From a virus, in IMG/VR virus record IMGVR_UViG_3300025655_000017: a stretch of DNA of 64,000 nt. One strand, 5' to 3'. The translations under genes were made by a program, and so were the position numbers. Under the pieces are notes generated by a model. The model made no database searches, was not told the origin of the DNA, and saw only the letters and a list, made by a program, of their open reading frames with translations. The stretch's first letter is position 1. Each line of letters opens with the position of its first letter. Shown piece by piece: positions 60,072-64,000 of this stretch.

Positions 60072-60149
60072 ACTGAGATACCCCCCTTGACTGATATTCA
60101 AAATAAAGGTAATTGGGTGAAAATATGGATTCGACCCCCATTCTCAGTA
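60072..60149 (+). ncRNA. tRNA-like element (acceptor stem and T arm, no clear D or anticodon arm)
   Basis: ACTGAGA/TCTCAGT, then ATGG-ATTCGACCC-CCAT. Confidence 0.5.
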
Positions 60150-60161
60150 CTTTTTTTACTA

Positions 60162-60233
60162 GCAGGTGTGGTGTAATTGGTAACATACAATCCTTCCAAG
60201 ATTAAGTCGCAAGATCGTTCCTTGTCACCTGCT
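60162..60233 (+). tRNA. tRNA-Gly(TCC)
   Basis: GCAGGTG/CACCTGC with U73; AATC-CTTCCAA-GATT; T loop ATCGTTC. Confidence 0.8.
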
Positions 60234-60246
60234 CTGATTTTTACAT

Positions 60247-60320
60247 GCTTCTATAGCTCAACTGGATAGAGCAATTCCCTACGAAGGAATAGGTTGTTAG
60301 TTCGACTCTAACTAGAAGTA
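60247..60320 (+). tRNA. tRNA-Arg(ACG)
   Basis: ATTCC-CTACGAA-GGAAT; canonical D and T arms. Confidence 0.9.
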
Positions 60321-60331
60321 CAAATTTTTAA

Positions 60332-60403
60332 AGACCTATCGTATAATGGCTATTACCCCTGATTTTGAGTCAGGAAATTCCAGTTCAAATCTGGATAGGT
60401 TTA
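60332..60403 (+). tRNA. tRNA-Gln(TTG)
   Basis: CCTGA-TTTTGAG-TCAGG; TCCAG-TTCAAAT-CTGGA. Confidence 0.85.
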
Positions 60404-60458
60404 TTTTTTTTCTTAATATGTTGCATTTGTAGTTTATTTTATGTAACTTTACTTTAAA

Positions 60459-61184
60459 ATGAAAAAATGGAATTTAGAGGAAACAAATAAATTAAAACTA
60501 TATATAGCTCAAAGAATGAGCTATGAAGAAATTTGTTTAAAAATGAATAGGACTTTTAGTTCGGTTGGTAATAAAGCTAGAAAATTAAATTTAACATATA
60601 ATCCTAAAAAAAGAATTTATCGAAGTTTATACATTTGTCAAAATACAAAATGTGTAAAAACATTTGAAGGATACGTTATAGCTAACCCGAAATATTGTAG
60701 TAGTTCATGTGCTGCCCAAGTAAACAATTTAAATGTTCAAAGAAATAAACAAAAAAAAATAGATTTACCTCCAAAAATAAATAAACAAAAAATAATAACA
60801 CATAGTTTTTGTTTATACTGTAAGGCTGCTAAACATAATATCTATTCAACTTACTGTAGTGTAACATGCTCTAGTGAACATAAGAGAGACATTAAGATTG
60901 GATTATGGTTAAATGGAAAGCACAGTGGACATAAAGGAAAAACTTTACAATTATGTGGTTTTGTAAAATATCATCTGAGAAAAATCAGAGGCACAAAGTG
61001 CTGTCAATGCGGGTGGGATAAAAAACACCCTATAGATGGAGCTACATGTAACCATATAGATCACATTGACGGTGATGCATCTAACAATAAAATAGAAAAT
61101 TTGAGAATATTATGTCCCAACTGTCATTCATTAACAGCAAACTTTGGTTCACGTAACAAAAATTCTGCTAGAAATTTTAATTAA
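60459..61184 (+). CDS. HNH endonuclease with N-terminal HTH and Zn-finger repeats
   Basis: CCQCG...HIDHIDGD..NN...NLRILCPNCH; YCSxxC repeats. Confidence 0.9.
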   Translation: MKKWNLEETNKLKLYIAQRMSYEEICLKMNRTFSSVGNKARKLNLTYNPKKRIYRSLYICQNTKCVKTFEGYVIANPKYCSSSCAAQVNNLNVQRNKQKKIDLPPKINKQKIITHSFCLYCKAAKHNIYSTYCSVTCSSEHKRDIKIGLWLNGKHSGHKGKTLQLCGFVKYHLRKIRGTKCCQCGWDKKHPIDGATCNHIDHIDGDASNNKIENLRILCPNCHSLTANFGSRNKNSARNFN

Positions 61185-61186
61185 CA

Positions 61187-61218
61187 TTAGGATTAATCAG
61201 TTATTTTATTTATCTTTG
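61187..61218 (+). promoter_or_regulatory. Bacteroidota-type promoter
   Basis: TTAG...TATCTTTG. Confidence 0.65.
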
Positions 61219-61240
61219 TGTCAACAAAAACAAAAAAATC

Positions 61241-61507
61241 ATGAAATTATTTTATGTTTTATTATTGATTACTGTATTGAGCTTTACTAATTGTACCGAA
61301 CAAGCTAGAACAAAAGCCTTTGGAGGAACTATGACGATTGAACTGGAAAAGGGAGAACGTCTTATTGAAGCTACTTGGAAAGATACACAACTATGGTATT
61401 TAACTGAACCGATGAAAGAAGATTATGTGCCTAATACTAAAACGTTTAGAGAACAATCTTCATTTGGAATGATGGAAGGAAAAGTTGTATTTAAAGAAAG
61501 TCGATAA
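61241..61507 (+). CDS. small phage lipoprotein
   Basis: Signal peptide plus Cys (FTNC); FGGTMTIEL..G.RL...TWK...LWYLT. Confidence 0.75.
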   Translation: MKLFYVLLLITVLSFTNCTEQARTKAFGGTMTIELEKGERLIEATWKDTQLWYLTEPMKEDYVPNTKTFREQSSFGMMEGKVVFKESR

Positions 61508-61599
61508 TATTACATAAGAAATCAGATGGTAGTACATGTAAATAATATTAATCGTTCAGTTCAGCACAGAGGTTATGTTATTTAGTACTATCATCAAAT

Positions 61600-61723
61600 T
61601 CTCCGGTGGCTTAGTTGGTTAAAGCATCCCACTTTCCTGTCCATTTATTAAGACTAATCCGTTTTAGTTTTTTAAAGGCCAAGATTAATGGGAGGATCGT
61701 GGGTTCGAGTCCCACCCGGAGAA
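61600..61723 (+). tRNA. tRNA (probably Lys-TTT) with a 50-nt insertion in the anticodon loop
   Basis: Perfect acceptor TCTCCGG/CCGGAGA, D arm, TCCCA/TGGGA anticodon stem and T arm; 57-nt loop. Confidence 0.75.
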
Positions 61724-61737
61724 CATAAAAGCTAAAT

Positions 61738-62658
61738 ATGTCAAGAAACGTACAACATTCTTTATTGGGAAAAGCTAAGGCTAATAAAAAAGATGAATTT
61801 TATACACAATTTAAAGACATAGAGGGTGAATTAAAACATTATGAACATCATTTTAAAGATAAAATAGTTTATTGTAATTGTGACGATCCTAATGTTAGTA
61901 ATTTTTCAAAATATTTTATTTTAAACTTTGAAAGATTAAAACTAAGAAAATTAATTTCTACTGGGTATAAGAAAGAAGGTAGAGGAGTTGGAAATCTTTA
62001 TAAAAAAGATCAAAATAAAATTATTCGTCTAGAAGGTAATGGAGATTTTAGAAGTGAAGAATGTATTGAATTGTTAAAAGAATCAGATATTGTAGTTACT
62101 AATCCTCCATTTTCTTTGTTTCGTGAATATGTAGGACAATTAATAGAATACAAAAAAAATTTTCTCATTATTGGCAATATAAATGCTCTTACCTATAAAG
62201 ACATTTTTAAGCTTATTAAAAATAATAACGCTTGGATGGGTATTAACATGGGAAGAGGAATCTCAGGGTTTATCGTTCCAGAACATTATGAGCTTTATGG
62301 GACAGAGACTAAAATAGACGATGAAGGAAATAGAATAGTCTCACCTAATAATTGTTTTTGGTTGACAAACTTAGATACATCTAAACGACACGAAGACATC
62401 GTTCTTTCAAAAACATATTATGGATGTGAAAGTGAATATCCAATATATAATAATTATGATGGTATCAATGTAAATAAAACAAAAGATATACCAAGGGATT
62501 ACAGGGGAGCTATGGGTGTACCAATAACATTTCTGCATAAATTTAATCCAGATCAATTTGAAATAATTAAATTTAGAAAGGGAAATGATGAAAAAGATTT
62601 ATCAATAAATGGCAAATGCCCATACTTTAGAATTTTAATTAAAAATAAAAGATTATAA
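61738..62658 (+). CDS. adenine-specific DNA methyltransferase, EcoRI family
   Basis: KKDEFYT, YCNCDDP, GDFRS.EC, VTNPPFSLFREY, MGVPITF. Confidence 0.9.
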   Translation: MSRNVQHSLLGKAKANKKDEFYTQFKDIEGELKHYEHHFKDKIVYCNCDDPNVSNFSKYFILNFERLKLRKLISTGYKKEGRGVGNLYKKDQNKIIRLEGNGDFRSEECIELLKESDIVVTNPPFSLFREYVGQLIEYKKNFLIIGNINALTYKDIFKLIKNNNAWMGINMGRGISGFIVPEHYELYGTETKIDDEGNRIVSPNNCFWLTNLDTSKRHEDIVLSKTYYGCESEYPIYNNYDGINVNKTKDIPRDYRGAMGVPITFLHKFNPDQFEIIKFRKGNDEKDLSINGKCPYFRILIKNKRL

Positions 62659-62715
62659 AAATAGAAAGACAGAAGCTTGGCAGACAGGTGATATTAGTAA
62701 ATTATATTTTTATAA

Positions 62716-62789
62716 ACCCCTATAACTCAGTTGGTTAGAGTATCGTACTTTTAATGCGAGAGTCCTTGGTTCGAGTCCAAGTAGGGGTA
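62716..62789 (+). tRNA. tRNA-Lys(TTT)
   Basis: ACCCCTA/TAGGGGT; TCGTA-CTTTTAA-TGCGA. Confidence 0.9.
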
Positions 62790-62803
62790 CAAATTTTATT
62801 AAA

Positions 62804-62893
62804 GGGGGTGTAGCTGATGTGGTTTTAGCGGGAGACTGTTAATCTCTGATTGAAAATATTGAAATAAAGTGGGTTCGAATCCTACCGCCCCCG
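62804..62893 (+). tRNA. tRNA-Asn(GTT) with a long variable region
   Basis: GGAGA-CTGTTAA-TCTCT; ~21-nt variable region; G73. Confidence 0.8.
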
Positions 62894-62904
62894 CTTTTAT
62901 TTAT

Positions 62905-62978
62905 TCTGAGGTGGCTGAATTGGTTAAGGCACGTTTCTTGTAAAAACGGTTTTGCAGGTTCGAATCCTGTCCTCAGAT
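62905..62978 (+). tRNA. tRNA-Thr(TGT)
   Basis: TCTGAGG/CCTCAGA; CGTTT-CTTGTAA-AAACG. Confidence 0.8.
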
Positions 62979-63050
62979 CATTTTTTCTAAAATAAACTTG
63001 CAATTGTCATTAATTAATCTTATCTTTACAAAAATTAAAACACAATAATT

Positions 63051-63248
63051 ATGAAAACAATTTTTATTCTTTATTTTGCTACTATAGCTTTTGCACTTTT
63101 TGGTTGGGGGAGCTGTATTCACAAGTTTATCCAATGTGACTTTGACAGTACAAAAACAAGTTATAAGTCAGAAATTATCTATGGTGTTGGTACATTTGTT
63201 CCTGTGATAGGAGTTTTTATAGGATATATGAATGTAGGAGAAGGTTAA
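63051..63248 (+). CDS. small membrane protein
   Basis: 65 aa with two hydrophobic segments; promoter-like TTG...TATCTTTA upstream. Confidence 0.65.
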   Translation: MKTIFILYFATIAFALFGWGSCIHKFIQCDFDSTKTSYKSEIIYGVGTFVPVIGVFIGYMNVGEG

Positions 63249-63301
63249 AAAATTTTTTATAGGTATTTGCTTTTATGCATTTATCTCTGTATCTTTGTAT
63301 T

Positions 63302-63859
63302 ATGGAACAAATAAAATTACAACTTACAACAGGGAATGATAAACAATCACGCAGAGCGTTAGATTTTTATCCTACTCCACCTGAAGCGACTATAGCTTTA
63401 TTGGACTTTCTTAAATTAAAACCTACTACAGTATGGGAGTGTGCTTCTGGAAATGGAGCAATGGTAGATGTGTTAAAACAATATGGTCACGATGTAATAG
63501 CTACAGATATAATAAATGGGGAAGATTATCTTCTCATAAAAAGAGATGCTGATATTATTATCACTAATCCACCATTTAATATATCAGATAAGTTTATAGA
63601 AAAAGCAGTTAATGAATGCTCAATTGTTGCATTTTTGTTAAAAACACAATATTGGCACGCAAAAAAAAGATATAAGCTTTTTAAAAAACATTCACCATCA
63701 TACATTTTACCTTTAACTTGGAGGCCAGACTTCTTATATCAAGAACGAAAAAATGGAGCAAAAGGTTCTCCAACAATGGATGTTAATTGGAATGTTTGGA
63801 TAAAAGGTGATTCAACTACTAAATATTTACCTTTACTAAAACCAAATAACATTTTTTAG
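63302..63859 (+). CDS. DNA N6-adenine methyltransferase
   Basis: DFYPTP, WECASGNG, ITNPPF; promoter TTTG...TATCTTTG at 63266-63297 supports start at 63302. Confidence 0.85.
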   Translation: MEQIKLQLTTGNDKQSRRALDFYPTPPEATIALLDFLKLKPTTVWECASGNGAMVDVLKQYGHDVIATDIINGEDYLLIKRDADIIITNPPFNISDKFIEKAVNECSIVAFLLKTQYWHAKKRYKLFKKHSPSYILPLTWRPDFLYQERKNGAKGSPTMDVNWNVWIKGDSTTKYLPLLKPNNIF

Positions 63860-63875
63860 TAAAAATTTAAAAATT

Positions 63876-64000
63876 ATGAGAATAACATTTGACGCATTAT
63901 TTTACTATGCAAGAGAACAATATGGTATTGGGTGGAATCCATGTAATGACATATTTTTTGGTGGCGTTCTTGATTATGGTTCATTCAATGAATATGATCG
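63876..64000 (+). CDS. hypothetical protein (partial)
   Basis: ATG at 63876, open to the window end. Confidence 0.55.
   Translation, partial: MRITFDALFYYAREQYGIGWNPCNDIFFGGVLDYGSFNEYD

Overview
This window looks like part of a large, AT-rich T4-like (myovirus) jumbo phage that probably infects a Bacteroidota host, judged by repeated TTG-N20/21-TAnnTTTG promoters. Translation uses the standard code. Layout: (1) 1-~2220 is a visibly GC-richer block of secreted/membrane genes that switches to AT-rich DNA in the middle of a gene. (2) Next come a neck gene, a BT4734/VirE-N primase fused to an SF2 helicase, twin palindromes, two glycosyltransferases and a gp55-like late sigma factor. (3) 11.9-27.5 kb is a baseplate/tail operon. 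(4) 27.6-35.2 kb holds an exonuclease, a DNA methyltransferase, GMP reductase/IMPDH, SbcCD (gp46/47) and a second sigma factor. (5) 35-55 kb holds an amidase, MazG-like, vWA, tail tube, Clp ATPase, KTSC, ThyA, a nucleotidyltransferase, dCMP deaminase, acidic putative head proteins and a gp23/24-like capsid protein. (6) A PAS histidine kinase, a receiver protein and a membrane protein follow. (7) 58.7-63 kb is a tRNA array with HNH and methyltransferase genes. The most notable item is a ribosome-dependent attenuator (30-codon leader peptide, antiterminator, terminator) at the head of the tRNA array, whose leader codons match the downstream tRNAs. This suggests a phage sensor of tRNA-pool depletion. 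The array also carries an unassigned ~280-nt structured RNA, a tRNA with a 50-nt anticodon-loop insert and several non-canonical tRNAs. All assignments come from motif recognition by eye; no searches were run.
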